From Octopus sinensis (taxonomy: Eukaryota): a DNA stretch of 64,000 bases. Below, piece after piece: positions 37,991-50,859 of this stretch. The stretch spans positions 117,304,001 to 117,368,000 of the forward strand of contig NC_043003.1 of NCBI RefSeq assembly GCF_006345805.1. Direction: 5' to 3'. Position 1 is the stretch's first letter, and every line of letters begins with the position of its first letter. A program made the position numbers and the translations under genes. The notes below the pieces were generated by a model that saw only the letters and a list, made by a program, of their open reading frames with translations, ran no database searches and had not been told where the DNA came from.

Positions 37991-38585
37991 GCAGTGCTGC
38001 TGCTGTTGTTATTGTAAGCTTTCGCAACAACCAGGTCACGCAGCCCTGCTTACAATCGGCTAGCAGCTTGTTCTCTCTACGCTGATCACTTTTGATGGCT
38101 TTTTCCTTTCTGTTAAAACTTTTGAATGTTATAGTTTTCCTGGTTACACTCTGAGCCACTTCACCGGAAGGGGTCAATCTTATTTCCTGCCCCTCCCTAT
38201 ATAACATGCTTTCGTATTTCTTTAATTCGTTCGTTACCACTTCCAATTTTTTACTTTCTAAAACTCCCGCAAAACTCTTTTTTCAAACGCCGCCTTTTTC
38301 TTCCTCAGTTCCCCCTCCATTGTAGGAGCTCGTTCTCCGACGAATTCATGTCGGAACTGCCAATCTCCTCGAAGTTGGTCTTCATGATAAACATCAAACG
38401 TTTCCCTTTCTCGAACAAGGGGAGGACAACGACGACAATTCCGCTCGCGCGGGAGAAACAAGTTGTTTTTAAAACACAACAAATTTAATTAACAACGCAA
38501 CAACGTGAGACAGCAAGTAATTAAGCTTACCAACCTCGCAACTTTGAAACACCGCGTCGAAATTCAAAAAAGGACAAATTTTGCA

Positions 38586-38822
38586 TACCTATTTCCTTAC
38601 TACCCACAAGGGGCTAAACACAGAAGGGACAAACAAGGACAGACAAACAGATTAAGTCGATTATATCGACCCTAGTGCGTAACTGGTACTTATTTAATCG
38701 ACACCGAAAGGATGAAATGCGAAGTCGACCTCGGCGGAATTTGAACTCAGAGCGTAACGGCAGACGAAATACTGCTAAGCATTTCGCCCGGCGTGCTAAC
38801 GTTTCTGCCAGCTTGCCGTCTT
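38586..38822 (-). mobile_element. SINE group A monomer (tail A1)
   Basis: Full match to 12246; 3' end reads ..GGAAATAGGTATG. Confidence 0.9.
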
Positions 38823-39254
38823 ACAAATTTTGAATGCCAGGAACGCGGTTCAAGTTGCTTTTCTCTAAACCCATAACCTCCACGAGATACACGTGCATTT
38901 CGGTTTTCATGACATCCACGACATTCAACGTAGCTGCGTTTTGGCATCTCGCTTCTGGGAAGTTAGAAGGTTACCTGCAATTTGGGTCACAGCTAAAAAA
39001 CCAGCATGTCATAGAATATTTACACTTACATCTCCGAAATAAATATTCAGAATTTACCAAATAAAAATGACATTTGAAAAAATCGCGTTTCTTTTGCGTT
39101 TCGGTTTACGTCGTAAGCTTCTTTGGCATTTCTCCATTTATGATCCACAAGTTTTCAGTATCCTGCTTCTAGACTTTGCTATAGAAAGGAATGAGATACA
39201 TTTTTTTTTTTTTGAATAGTCGTAGTGTATTTCTCTTTCCCTTTCTCTTTTTCT

Positions 39255-39626
39255 CTTTTGACTTGTTTCAGTCATTTTGACTGCGGCCATGCTGGTGCAC
39301 CGCCTTTAATCGAGCAACTCGACCCCAGGACTTATTCTTTGTAAGCCCAGTACTTATTCTATCGGTCTCTCTTGCCGAACCGCTAAGTGAAGGGAACATA
39401 AACACACCAGCATCGGTTGTCAAGCAATGCTAGGGGGACAAACACAGACACACAACCATATACACGCACATACATATATGTATGTTTCCGTCTAGCAAAT
39501 CCACTCACAAGGCTTTGGTCAGCCCGAGGCTATAGTAGAAGACACTTGCCCAAGGTGCCACGCAGTGGGACTGAACCCGGAACTATGTGGTTGGTAAACA
39601 AGCTACTTACCACACAGCCACTCCTG
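39255..39626 (-). mobile_element. SINE group B, near-full
   Basis: Head, core and tail all present. Confidence 0.9.
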
Positions 39627-39679
39627 CACACACTTTCTTGTGCTAAATGTTTAAATTTTTTATGCAAGGGCTTAACTTC

Positions 39680-40030
39680 GCCTTATGATGTGGAGGTAAG
39701 AAGCGCTAAGTACAAAATCTCTCGTGGAAGCTTCATCCAACCAAAGTACAATATATGGGAAATTACCACCTCTGTCATCTCTTGTGAAAGGTAGGAGAGT
39801 CCAGTTTGCTGGACATTGTTGTAGAGCTGAAAACGAGGTAATTTCTACTCTTCTCCTCTGGAAGCCATATACTCGCGATACCAGAGAGCGCACACTCTCC
39901 TACCATGATGTAATCTCCAGGGATACAGGCATCCATCAACAGGACCTCCGTAATGCTATGATGGACCATGAAGTCTGGCGCAACATAGTAAATTCCATTG
40001 TCTCGACCACGGTCGAAAATGAGGATGAAG
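39680..40030 (+). mobile_element. RTE (RTE-X-like) LINE 3' fragment
   Basis: SWKLHPTK..YGKLPPLSSLVKGRRVQFAGHCCRAENEVISTLLLWKP..DLRNAMMDHEVWRNIV. Confidence 0.75.
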
Positions 40031-40059
40031 TACAGAAGCATTAGCTGCTACATTTCACC

Positions 40060-40902
40060 CAGGCTTTCGAACAATATTTTTTTGAAAATTGTGACAATAA
40101 AACTCAGAATGCAATAAATTTGATAATTCCTACTTCTGCACAAATCCCAGTTCAAAGTTTCCTCGGGATATCCGCGCTCAGAGCACTTGCACCAACCAGG
40201 TCACTTCGTTGTTAAATATGTCGCGATTAAAATCTTTGTTCCCACACGCTCCTACTACAGCACTTATTGCAACACGGACCACGCACGGATTTCTACCCCA
40301 AATAATATTTGCGCCGAAACCTAAGATATATTCTCGTACAAAGCTACGGAAGAACCCTCACCTCAACGTCAGCAAGATGCCCCAATCAGACTTCGATCGA
40401 TGAAGTGGTGAAGAGGCTTTTCATAGAGAACAAAGCGCCTCACAGCACGAAAAAACACTGCCACAAGAAAACCTTGTTGGATGCCATGAACTTCGACGCT
40501 ATGCCTAGAACACACCTGGCCATCTTCGGGATGAAGACAGCATTGAATACCTGCTGTCCACAAATGAGTTAGTACCAGAGTCATCGCAGAAAGGGATTGG
40601 AACGGTCATTAACCGGTAAGGACCCAGGTAGTGAGGAGATTGATTCTCATATGATCAAGCACTCGGAGATTGTTTGAAGTCCCGTGCTAGCATGAAAGAA
40701 CTGCATCGCATCGGACCCTTTCAGCTGCTTTCATTAATCTCACCAAAGCGTTCGACCGGGTCAATAGACATGGCGTTTTTAATGTTTTCCTGAAAATCAG
40801 CTGTCAGCAAAACTGCAGATCCTAATAAAGTTCTTCGTCGTCCTACGAAAGTAACAATCACGTGATGCAACAGCGATTGGGCCATACTGAATTCTGGATC
40901 TC
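40060..40902 (+). mobile_element. Old RTE/BovB-like LINE fragment (endonuclease C-terminus to RT start)
   Basis: STYCNTDH resembles SADCDTDH; AFINLTKAFDRVNR resembles the RT motif AFIDLTKAFD.VSR. Heavily disrupted. Confidence 0.6.
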
Positions 40903-40997
40903 TACATTAGGGATTCACGTGCATAAAGGAACGTGATGCCAGTCAGCATCCTCAGTACATGATTTGCAATGCCAAGTTGAGCAATTCTAGTCTAGCA

Positions 40998-41238
40998 CCG
41001 TTGTGTCCTTGGGTAAAACACTTTATTTCAAGTTGCTCCAGTCCATTCAGGTGACAAAAATGTGTAGTACTTGTATTTCAAAGGACAAGCCTTGTCACAG
41101 TGAATCTCCCCGAGAACTACTTTAAGGGTACGCATGTCTGTAAAGTGATCAGCCATTTGCACAATAATTTCACGAGCAGGCTCTTCATTTGGTCGGATTA
41201 ACTAGAACCCACCTCGTCGTAAACCGACGGTGTGCCAG
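40998..41238 (+). mobile_element. Headless SINE: alternative central block + tail i
   Basis: gttgtgtccttgggtaaaacactttatttcaagttgctccagtcc (same block as 62348) joined to the tail of 15847/56058 (..gtcgtaaaccgacggtgtgcca). Confidence 0.75.
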
Positions 41239-41299
41239 GCTTTTCTTATATCCTGACAAGACAAAGTATCCAACACAACAAATCTGTAACTGTTTACAT

Positions 41300-41520
41300 C
41301 TCTGTTCACTCAACTGGAACAACTCCATTTGAGGGATAGCTGTGTCCCAAAGGATATTTGGAAAGAGACTCATCGGACATCCTGTGCAACACTAGCAGGA
41401 CGTCTGTGGGAAGTATATGAAAGCGCTCAATATCAATATAGAAAGCGGGTAGATCATTGTAGGTAATCGAATAACATGAATAGATATCCTGCAATAATAA
41501 TTCGACACTGGTCTTGTCAG
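41300..41520 (+). mobile_element. Old RTE/BovB-like 3' coding fragment
   Basis: LRDSCVPKDI and DVCGKYMKALNINIES resemble RM.D.RIPKDI and KDVCKRDMKAL.I..ESWE. Confidence 0.5.
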
Positions 41521-41563
41521 TCACAAGCGCCAATATTCCAACCAAACAAATATGTTATTATTT

Positions 41564-41979
41564 AAGCTGTTGAGCTGGCAGAAACGTTAGCACCCCGGGC
41601 GAAATGCTTAGCGGTATTTCGTCTGCCGCTACGTTCTGAGTTCAAATTCGGCCGAGGTCGACTTTGCCTTTCATCCTTTCGGGATCGATTAAATAAGTAC
41701 CAGTTACGCACTGGGGTCGATATAATCGACTTAATCCGTTTGTCTGTCCTTGTTTGTCCTCTCTGTGTTTAGCCCCTTGTGGGTAGTAAAGAAATAGGTA
41801 TTCCGCCCGTCGCTACGTTCTGAGTTCAAATTCCGCCGAGGTCGACTTTGCCTTTCATCCTTTCGGGATTGATTGAATAAGTACCAGTTACGCACTGGGG
41901 TCGATGTAATCGACTTAATCCATTTGTCTGTCCTTCTTTTTCCCCTCTATGTTTGGCCCCTTGTGGGTAATAAAGAAAT
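41564..41979 (+). mobile_element. SINE group A dimer within a single 12-bp TSD
   Basis: TSD AAATATGTTATT at 41548-41559 and 41980-41991; junction GAAATAGGTATT at ~41791-41802. Confidence 0.9.
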
Positions 41980-42589
41980 AAATATGTTATTTATTTGTAA
42001 TTGTTGTAGACAAAGCTGCATCGCCTCAACCAGGTTGGAATCTTGCGACGTTAACAGAACGAAATGAGTCCGTTTCCCAATTATTTTCGAGTAGGCAAAA
42101 TTACAGATGTGTCGCGTTAGCATCTTAGCTTGGAGTAAACAAAAATGTCTGTGGTTTACCTATCTATATAATATTTTAAATTATTTATTTGTTAAAATTT
42201 TGAAGGTTAGTCTCGGTTAGCAAAATTCGTTTTTGCAAGAAAACAATCTTGATATTTCTATAGAAAATAACGCTAATGGAAACGAGACATTTTTAACAAC
42301 ATCACCTACAAAATAACAGCAGAGAAAACAAGAAAACAATGAGAATGTCAGCAACAAGAATAATAACAAGAACAACAACAATCACACGTACAAACAGGTA
42401 GATTTTTCTTCACGAAAATATTTCCGAAATTTTTAATGTCAGTAAGCATCGAAAATAGTACCAGAATCAAACAAACAGACGTTAACCTCCAGCGAAGTAA
42501 ACAACTGCTTGACTGCACAATACCAGTGTGCAATTTTACCTGAAAATATTACAGGTGCGCCAAAAAGGTAGGAAAGTTATTTCTGTATC

Positions 42590-42798
42590 TTTTTATCATT
42601 CGTTTGTTTCACTCATTAGACTGCGGCCATGCTGGGGCACCACCTTGAAGAATTTTTCATCGAACGAATCGACACCAGAAACTATTTCTTTAAGTCTGGT
42701 TCTTATTAAAACGGTTAGTCTGGGGGGGGGACAAACACAGACACAATGACATGCACACACACATACATAAATATATATGTATGTATATATATATACAT

Positions 42799-42841
<43 letters not shown>

Positions 42842-43340
42842 CTCTTTTACTCTATTACTTGTTTCAGTCATTTGACTGCGGCCATGCTGAAGCACCGTCT
42901 TCAGTCGAGCAGATCGACCCCGGGACTTATTCTTTGTAAGCCCAGTACTTATTCTATCGGTCTCTTTTGCCGAACCGCTAAGTGACGGGGACGTAAACAC
43001 ACCAGCATCGGTTGTCAAGCAATGCTAGGGGGACAAACACACACACATACATACATATACATATATATATACATATATACGACAGGCTTCTTTCAGTTTC
43101 CGTCTACCAAATCCACTCACAAGGCATTGGTCGGCTCGGGGCTATAGCAGAAGACACTTGCCCAAGATGCCACGCATATATATACATTGATATATATTCA
43201 ATGGACTTCTTTCAGTGCCAAATCCAATCACAAGGCTTTGGTTGTCACGAGGCTATAGTAGAAGACACTTGGCCCTGGTACCATGCAGTGGGACTGAAGA
43301 TGGAACCATGTGGGTGGGAAGCAAGCGCCATACCATAACG
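42590..43340 (-). mobile_element. Cluster of three partial SINE group B copies
   Basis: 3' piece at 42590-42740, near-full copy at 42845-43160, 5' piece at 43195-43340. Confidence 0.8.
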
Positions 43341-44171
43341 CCTAACTTGCGCCTATCAAAAAAATATCAAATTTTCCTTTGCCTTAAAATTTCAGCCGAC
43401 ATTTTCCCATGTCTTACCTGCAATGAAATATCATCGACCAGGCCGAGGAAGGTTATATACACCTTTGTATATATCACCCATTTTCCAGGATACAATTTCT
43501 CTTGATGACACTCTGTCACGAATATCTTACATCACCGGCTTCATTCTCATTGAATTGAGAACCAAAAACTTCTTTGGGTGGGGGCGAGGAGTCTTGAAAA
43601 CTATACACAAAAACACAGTTTCCTTCCCTCCATCTTTCACTTTTTCAAACCTGTTTCTGTATCATCTTCACCATCATTCCCACCAATATTATAATTTCAT
43701 AAGACGCATATATAATAAATATACAATAAACAAAAGCATAAGTGTGCGTGTGTGTGAGGATGTATCAGTTAATAAATAACAAAAGAACATAAGTTACGTA
43801 ATTACTTTTATTAGCTTATAATGTTTCCGCTATAAATAGCAATGCACTCGGAGCTGAGTGCTTTCTCATTTCTTTTACATATGTCTTTTACTCATGTCTT
43901 TATTCGTCTGTTTCTCTGCATAATTTTACATTTGTCTGGGTTCATCTGGTTGTATCTATTAGCCAGCTATCTAATTTATAGATTTCATACTTATATGTGC
44001 GTCTATAAATCTTTACTGACGCAAATTTGTATATACACCTGTACGTGTATGTAAAGATGTACGAGTGTGTACGCTGGGGGTATTATACCACATATCAGAA
44101 TATAAATCTGCATACCACAGGGTGCGGTTTCTAACCCTCATACAGTGGCATATCATTATATGTATACAGGT

Positions 44172-44385
44172 AAGGCGGCAAGCTAGCAGAATCGCTAGCA
44201 CACCGAACGAAAAGCGTAGTGGTATTTCGTCTGTCTTTACGTTCTGAGTTCAAATGCCGCCGGGGTCGACTTTGCCTTTCATCCTTTCGGGGTCGATAAA
44301 TTAAGTACCAGTTGCGTACTGGGGTCGATCTAGTCGACTGCCCACTTCCACCAAATTTCAAGCCTTGTGCCTAGAGTAGAAAGGA
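44172..44385 (+). mobile_element. SINE group A with tail A2
   Basis: Standard A head and core, then gatctagtcgactgccc..aaatttcaagccttgtgcctagagtagaaag. Confidence 0.85.
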
Positions 44386-45763
44386 TTATATGTATTTACG
44401 TAACCAATCTGGTATTTACCTACCTCTACCGAATTAAACACACGCTTCATTCTAATGACTCCCACGTAGACTTACACTCTTTTGTACAGATGTAGCAACG
44501 ATGGGAACCTCTTGCAGTAGGTGTTACAATATTGTGTCGGCGAAGTTTCCTGTAACATTTCATTCTGCTTCCTTAGAAATACAGATGCCTCCAAGGAACG
44601 ACTTCTAAGGCCTGCCTTACTCGCACAGAAACGCCCATACTGAAGCAAATTCACATACATCCAAAACCAAACATAATTGTGGGAATTTCTTCAAGGATAT
44701 AACCCTAAAAGAATACATGTAGAAAATAGTAACAAGTAATCTCCTAGAAACTTCGGATTAATAATCAAAATGTCGGCCTTTGCCATTCTTCGCGGAATAT
44801 CAAATATTTCGAGATGAACTAGAATAAATAAATCTTTATAATTCATTAATTAGTGAAATATCTCACTGTATTCTTTCTCGTAAATATGCTAATTAGCTAA
44901 TTAATTAGATAAGGTATTTTTAGACTCTGTTGATACGGGGTGGGGTGAATTTGGTTTTATTGGAATGAAAACAATCGAGGTTATGTTTTGAAGAGGAGAT
45001 TAGTCAAAACCGTTAGGGATTTCTAAAATTAAATATATTTGCCGATCCAGTATACTCCACGATGCAAACAACACAGAGCATAAAACGATTAACCGACAAA
45101 AAAATATCGCAATTCATCCGATTTTACGATAACCGCTGCGCCTGTTTTACGATCTTACCAGGTCCAAAACGCACCCAGCATAATTTCCAATGAAATAAAT
45201 ATGATACGGTGGTTCTTAATCTGGATTCGATCGAACTGCAGGATTTCGTTGAGTCAATCTCACGGGTTCAGCAGGGGTCTAGACATACAGTGTAGCCCGG
45301 TTCACACTAGCAACGTCGGGCCGTTTTTGTCGGCCGAGAGTTTGGCAACACACAATTTTTCTTCGCCATGTTAGATTACAAATATTTAGTTGCAATTATT
45401 TAGTAAAAATTTCTTTCACAAAATAATTTCCACGCAAAACTAGTTTATTAAAAGAGAAATTACGATAACAATATAAAATTTACTTTTGAAATAATAATCT
45501 TTAAAAAAATCGACCCAGGCTTATGCGCGTATGTCCGTTCCGTTCAGCCCATTCGTATTATTCGTGACGTCACGCTCGACTTGGCCATCATTGGCTTTGC
45601 TATCCCTGCTGCAGGGAACTTGATGCGTTCAGTGGCTGTCGTGATTGCACGTCATTTGTGATTTTTTTAAATCTTTCAATCCCTTCATACTACGTCGATC
45701 AAAAAGAGAAAGTGGTTGGATGAATATGTACATTAGGGATTCATGTGTATAAGGGAAGTATAA

Positions 45764-46135
45764 AGGTAGTGAGGAGATTGATTCTCATATGATCAAGCAC
45801 TCGGAGACTGTTTGAAGTCCTGTGCTAGCATGAAAGAACTGCATCGCATAGGACCCTTTCAGCTGCTTTCATTAGTCTCACCAAAGCGTTCGACCGGGTC
45901 AATAGACATGGCTTTTTTAATGTTTTCCTGAAAATCAGCTGTCAGCAAAACTGCAGATCCTAATAAAGTTCTTCGTCGTCCTACGAAAGTAACACTCACG
46001 TGATGCAACAGCGATAGGGCCATACTGAATTCTGGATCTGTACATTAGGGATTCACGTGTATAAAGGAATGTGATACCAGTCAGCATCCTCAGGACATGA
46101 TTTGCAATGCCAAGTTGAGCAATTCTAGTCTAGCA
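45764..46135 (+). repeat. 372-bp direct duplicate of 40626-40997 (RTE piece + hAT piece)
   Basis: Hand alignment: 12 substitutions and no indels over 372 bp. Confidence 0.95.
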
Positions 46136-46504
46136 GCGGCAAAACTAATTGAACACTTCCTAAAGCTACATGGAGATGGGAAATGCAAGAACACAACACT
46201 CTCGTTGAATTCAAGGTGAAGAGAGCCAGATTCGATGAAAAGGCTACTCTGCCTGTTCCCGACTTTGTACACACCGACAAACCGATCCTCATAGCATCGC
46301 ACGAAGTTGTGTACCTGATCGCAAAGCAGGGCAAGCCACACCCCACTGGTGAAGCACTCGTAAAACAGCTGCGTTGATGATGGCGAATATCATGCTGGGA
46401 AAAGCTGCTGAAGATACGTTATCCTAGATTCTTCTTTCAAATGACATTATCAAGAGCAGAATATGCGACATGAACAATGACATCTTGGCTTAAATAGTTG
46501 CAGA

Positions 46505-46814
46505 GTGGAGGCACATGACCTAGTGGTTAGAGCAGCAGACATGCGGTCGAGGGATCGCCGGTTCGAATCTCAGACCGGCCGATGTGTGTGTTTATGAGCG
46601 AAAACACCTAAGCTCCACGCGGCTCCGGCAGAAGGTAATGGCGAACTTCTGCTGACTCTTTCGCCACAACTTTCTCTCACTCTTCCTTCTGCATCTTGCA
46701 GCTCACCTGCGACGGACCGGCGCCCCGTCCAGGTGGGGAAACTATACACCAAGAAACCGGGAAACCGGCCCTTATGAGCCAGGCAGGGCTCGAGAAGGAA
46801 CAAACAAAAAACAA
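46505..46814 (+). mobile_element. SINE group C with tail iii, 13-bp TSD
   Basis: TSD AAATAGTTGCAGA at 46492-46504 and 46815-46827; the hAT frame (IVAD/LISSPAK) resumes across it. Confidence 0.93.
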
Positions 46815-47739
46815 AAATAGTTGCAGATCTGATTTCAAGCCCTGCAAAATTCAGCCTCCAATTCGACGAGACCGCCGACATTTCCAATCTAAGCCAGCTT
46901 GTTGTATTCGTGCGCTACGTGAAAGATGACGTCATAAAGGAAGAGGCTATTTTTTTTTTATATTGTAAACTTCTTACAACAACCAAGGCAGCCGATGTGA
47001 AGAAACTTGTGGATGACTGCTTCAGAGACAACAGGCCCTCGTTGAATATGGTTTCTACAGTTTGTTCGGACGGAGTTGCAGCAATGCTGGGAGAACCCTC
47101 TGGTTTTGGAGGGCTGATGAAATCCGATGCACCACATATGATTGTTAAGCACTGCGTTCGGCACAGGTGTGCGTTGGTAACAAAAACTTTGCTCCCAAAA
47201 CTGGCAGAAGTATTAAAATTGAAGTTGAATGTATGAACTACGTGCGAAATAGTATTATGAAGCACCGACATCTTCAGAGAGATGCGTTAAGAATTCTCAC
47301 TTCTGAACCACAAAGCTCCTGTTTCGATCCAACAGTAGGGTACCCTAAGCATGTGCACCCTCAGGTGAACTTACCTCATCCGGTAGCCTGTGAATGAAAT
47401 TTTAAAGATGAAAACTGTGCAGAGGCTGCCATAATGATCACGTGCGAGCAGGTGCGTGCGCTTATGAGTCTGTCGTGTTATAAGCGCGCAAAGCATAAAA
47501 ACGGATTAAGCGAAATAATTGAACGAAGAGCACTAGAGGTATTAGTTCCACCCAAATTACACAGACACTCCCGTGTCACTAATATTATCTTAAATACGGA
47601 GAACCAGTGACTAAGGCATTGGACACATGCAACCCCACCGTCCTTATTCTTCACTCAAAATTCGCTGTAGAAATAAAGGATTGAGGAATACATTATATTT
47701 ATCCATCATCTCCGTAAATGCTTATAATATACCATATAT

Positions 47740-47754
47740 GTGTGTATGTGTGTG

Positions 47755-47803
<49 letters not shown>

Positions 47804-47875
47804 GCATTGCTTTACTATAGCCCCTGTAAGTGTTCTAGTCATCAGTTTAGATTACATCATCTTTGTTCCGCTACT

Positions 47876-47924
<49 letters not shown>

Positions 47925-48080
47925 TTAATAATAATAATATTAATAATAATAATGATAATGATAATAATAATAATAATGAGGAGGAGGAGGAGGAGGGGAT
48001 GGGAGAAGGAGGGGATGGGAGAAGGAGGGGGGATGATGCGGAGAGATGAGAGGAGGGGGAGGAGGAGGAGGAGATGAATG
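47740..48080. repeat. (TG)n, (TAA)n and (GAG)n microsatellites
   Basis: Direct reading. Confidence 0.9.
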
Positions 48081-48234
48081 AGTAGGAGGGTGATGAAATT
48101 GTTTGTAATAGTAGTATCAATACAATTTCCCGTCGCTTCTGCGCGATTTTAATATTTTATACGAATTTCTATTTTATGTTATCAGCGAGGTCACGGAGTA
48201 AGATAAAAGCACACAATGCGTTTCTCTCTTCAAC

Positions 48235-48241
48235 AACGATG

Positions 48242-48292
<51 letters not shown>

Positions 48293-48395
48293 GTGGTGAT
48301 GATGATGATGACGATGATGATGATGATGGTGGTGGTGGTGGTGGTGGTGGTGGTGGTGGTGGTGGTGGTGGTGTTGGTGGTGGTGATGACGATGA

Positions 48396-48429
<34 letters not shown>

Positions 48430-48680
48430 GGTGTTGGTGGCGGTGGTGGTGGTGGCGGTGGTCGTGGTGGCGGCGGCGGTAGTTGTGGCGGTGGTGGTGG
48501 CGGTGGCGGTGGTGGTGGCGGTGGTGGTGGTGGTGGCGGTGGTGGTAGTGGTGGTGGTGGTAGTTGTGGTGTTAGTGGTTGTGGTGGTGGTGGTGGTGGT
48601 AGTTGTAGCGGCGGTGGTGGTGGTGGTAGTGGTAGTGGTGACGACGACGACCATCACCACGACTACAACGGCGAGGACGA
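48235..48680. repeat. (GAT)/(GGT)/(GGC) compound trinucleotide repeat
   Basis: Direct reading. Confidence 0.95.
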
Positions 48681-49254
48681 TGGTACTTAAAGAATAATGT
48701 TTTTTTTTCTTATTTTTAATAATAACGGTTTGTAAGAAGGAAAATAATATTTTCCTCGTCATAATCACTGTAATCGCCATCATTTCTGCTTATTCGAAGT
48801 GATAAACACAGACACAGCGTCAGGTGACGCAGTGCATTTGAGTCTCCCGATGTGAAACATTTGATATAATACAAAAACAATAACAAACAGAAAAAAACAA
48901 GGGAAAAGACTTCAGTTCGAAGCCTAAAGGAAAATGACTAACGTTATAATAATCACTGACAACTCAGTTATCGATAGCTCAATACTTGTAATAATTAGTC
49001 CAAGTAAAGCATGGACATTATTCTCATTGAGTGTTTCAAGACGTTTCGACTTTGTAACAATCAACAAGCAACATCGAAAGAATTTAAGGGAAAAAAATAT
49101 CTGTAACTGGAGATTGTTTCTTTTATTTGACAAGACACGAAGAGGAAAATATTTTTTCCCTCGCAACAATTCTTACTTTTTCTCAACCATAGTCTAAGAT
49201 TATGTAGACGAATATTAACAAAATCTGCCAGCAAATTCCTAGCCTAACGAAGAA

Positions 49255-49260
49255 ATTATA

Positions 49261-49311
<51 letters not shown>

Positions 49312-49352
49312 TTATTATTATTATTATTATTATCATTATTATTATTATTATA

Positions 49353-49393
<41 letters not shown>

Positions 49394-49407
49394 TATTATT
49401 ATTATTA

Positions 49408-49439
<32 letters not shown>

Positions 49440-49462
49440 TATTATTATTATTATTATTATTC
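49255..49462. repeat. (TTA)n microsatellite
   Basis: Direct reading. Confidence 0.97.
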
Positions 49463-50772
49463 TATGTTTGACTTTTGCTTTATGTCTGTACAATTTGGCT
49501 CCAAGTCTCACCCAGAGACCTCAAGAGACAACAGGTTGGAAGTTCACGTTGTTGTTATGCCTAGTGTGCCATATATTTGGAGGTTTTTTTGGTGTTGTAC
49601 TAGTGAATGTCTAATATATCGATTGGGACAGTCATATCAATGAGGAGGCATGTTCTTTGTCTGAAGTCTTTCAATATGATGTCTGGTCTATTTGCATCTA
49701 TCTTTCTGTCAGTTTGAATGGTGAAGTTCCAGAGGAGTGAGATGTGGTCATTTTCAAGCACTGGAGGTGGATTGTGTTCCCACCAGTTTCTTTCATGGGG
49801 CAAATCCAGGTTTTTGAAAATTACCCAGTGAATATATTGTGCAGCTCTATCATGCCTGTTGAGGTACTCTGTAGGCGCTAGAAGACTGCATTTGGAGACA
49901 ATATGATCAATGGTTTCATCTTGTTGTCGGCATACACGACATGTTGGGCTACTGCCGTTCTTTAATATGTTGGCCTGGTAGTTTCTTGTTGGTAGGCATT
50001 GATCTTGAGCTGCTATGATAAACCCTTCTATTTCAGATTTTAAGCCAGAGGCCATTAGCCATTGATGGGTCAGGGCTTTGTCAATATCTGCATTATTCGC
50101 TCTCTTTGGGTATTTGCCATAGAGAGGTTTTTCTTGCCATTTATTATTCAGAATATCTAAGGCCGCAGTTTTGGCACGGGTTTTCATGCGCCTAGCTTTT
50201 TCTGTGCTTGTTTCTTGTATGTCTATCTCTAATTCCGAAATTGGTTGTATTCGGAATTCACTTAGATATTCCTTTGTCTGTTTTGTTACTGAGTATAATG
50301 CTTTCTTGTTTTCATGTTTTGAGACAAGTTTTAACATCCAGTCCTCAGACTTTTTCAGGTAGGTGTCTAGGCCAATTGTAGCAATCTTCATTGTTATTGC
50401 CAGTTGCAAAAGACCACGGCCTCCATTTTTCTTGGCAGATAAATTCGTTCTGTATCTGCCTTAGAGTGGTGCATTCTACGCATTGTCAACAGTTTTCTTA
50501 TTTTTCTGTCGAGCTGACATATTTCAGTAATTGACCAGTTAACGATATTGAAACTGTAAGTCACGACTGGTATGGCTAAAGCATTGATCGCTTCGATCCT
50601 GTTTCTTGCATTCAGCTGTCTTGAGTATTGCTCTCACTCTTCGATAGCATTCTCTCCTGATCCTTTCCTTCATCTCTGAATGCCTTATTCCGTTCCCTTC
50701 AATTACCCCTAGGTACTTGTAGCTCTCCGCTGGGTCTAGTTCTTTTATGACATTCTGCTGGTCAAGGTTAAC

Positions 50773-50775
<3 letters not shown>
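49463..50775 (-). mobile_element. 5'-truncated R4/Dong LINE (RT C-terminus, CCHC finger, PD..D endonuclease, 3' UTR) in (TAA)n
   Basis: SGLKSEIEGFIIAAQDQCL.TRNY, CRVCRQQDETIDHIVSKC, YLNRHD, NRPDIILKD..CLLIDMTVP; (TTA)n on both flanks. Confidence 0.92.
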
Positions 50776-50813
<38 letters not shown>

Positions 50814-50815
50814 GA

Positions 50816-50846
<31 letters not shown>

Positions 50847-50859
50847 TATTATTATTATT

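Larger units (their letters stand above)
45207..47290 (+). mobile_element. hAT (Buster-like) transposon with disrupted transposase, interrupted twice
   Basis: Left end c(g)gtggttctt; KKRKWLDEYV, ICNAKLSNSSLAAAKLIEHF, LIAKQGKPH, FSLQFDET.DISNLSQLVVFVRY, VCSDG.AAM, HCVRHRCAL. Confidence 0.9.

Noticed and set aside
41306-41545. 79-aa minus-strand ORF that looks protein-like
   Set aside because: Better explained as the antisense of a plus-strand RTE 3' remnant.
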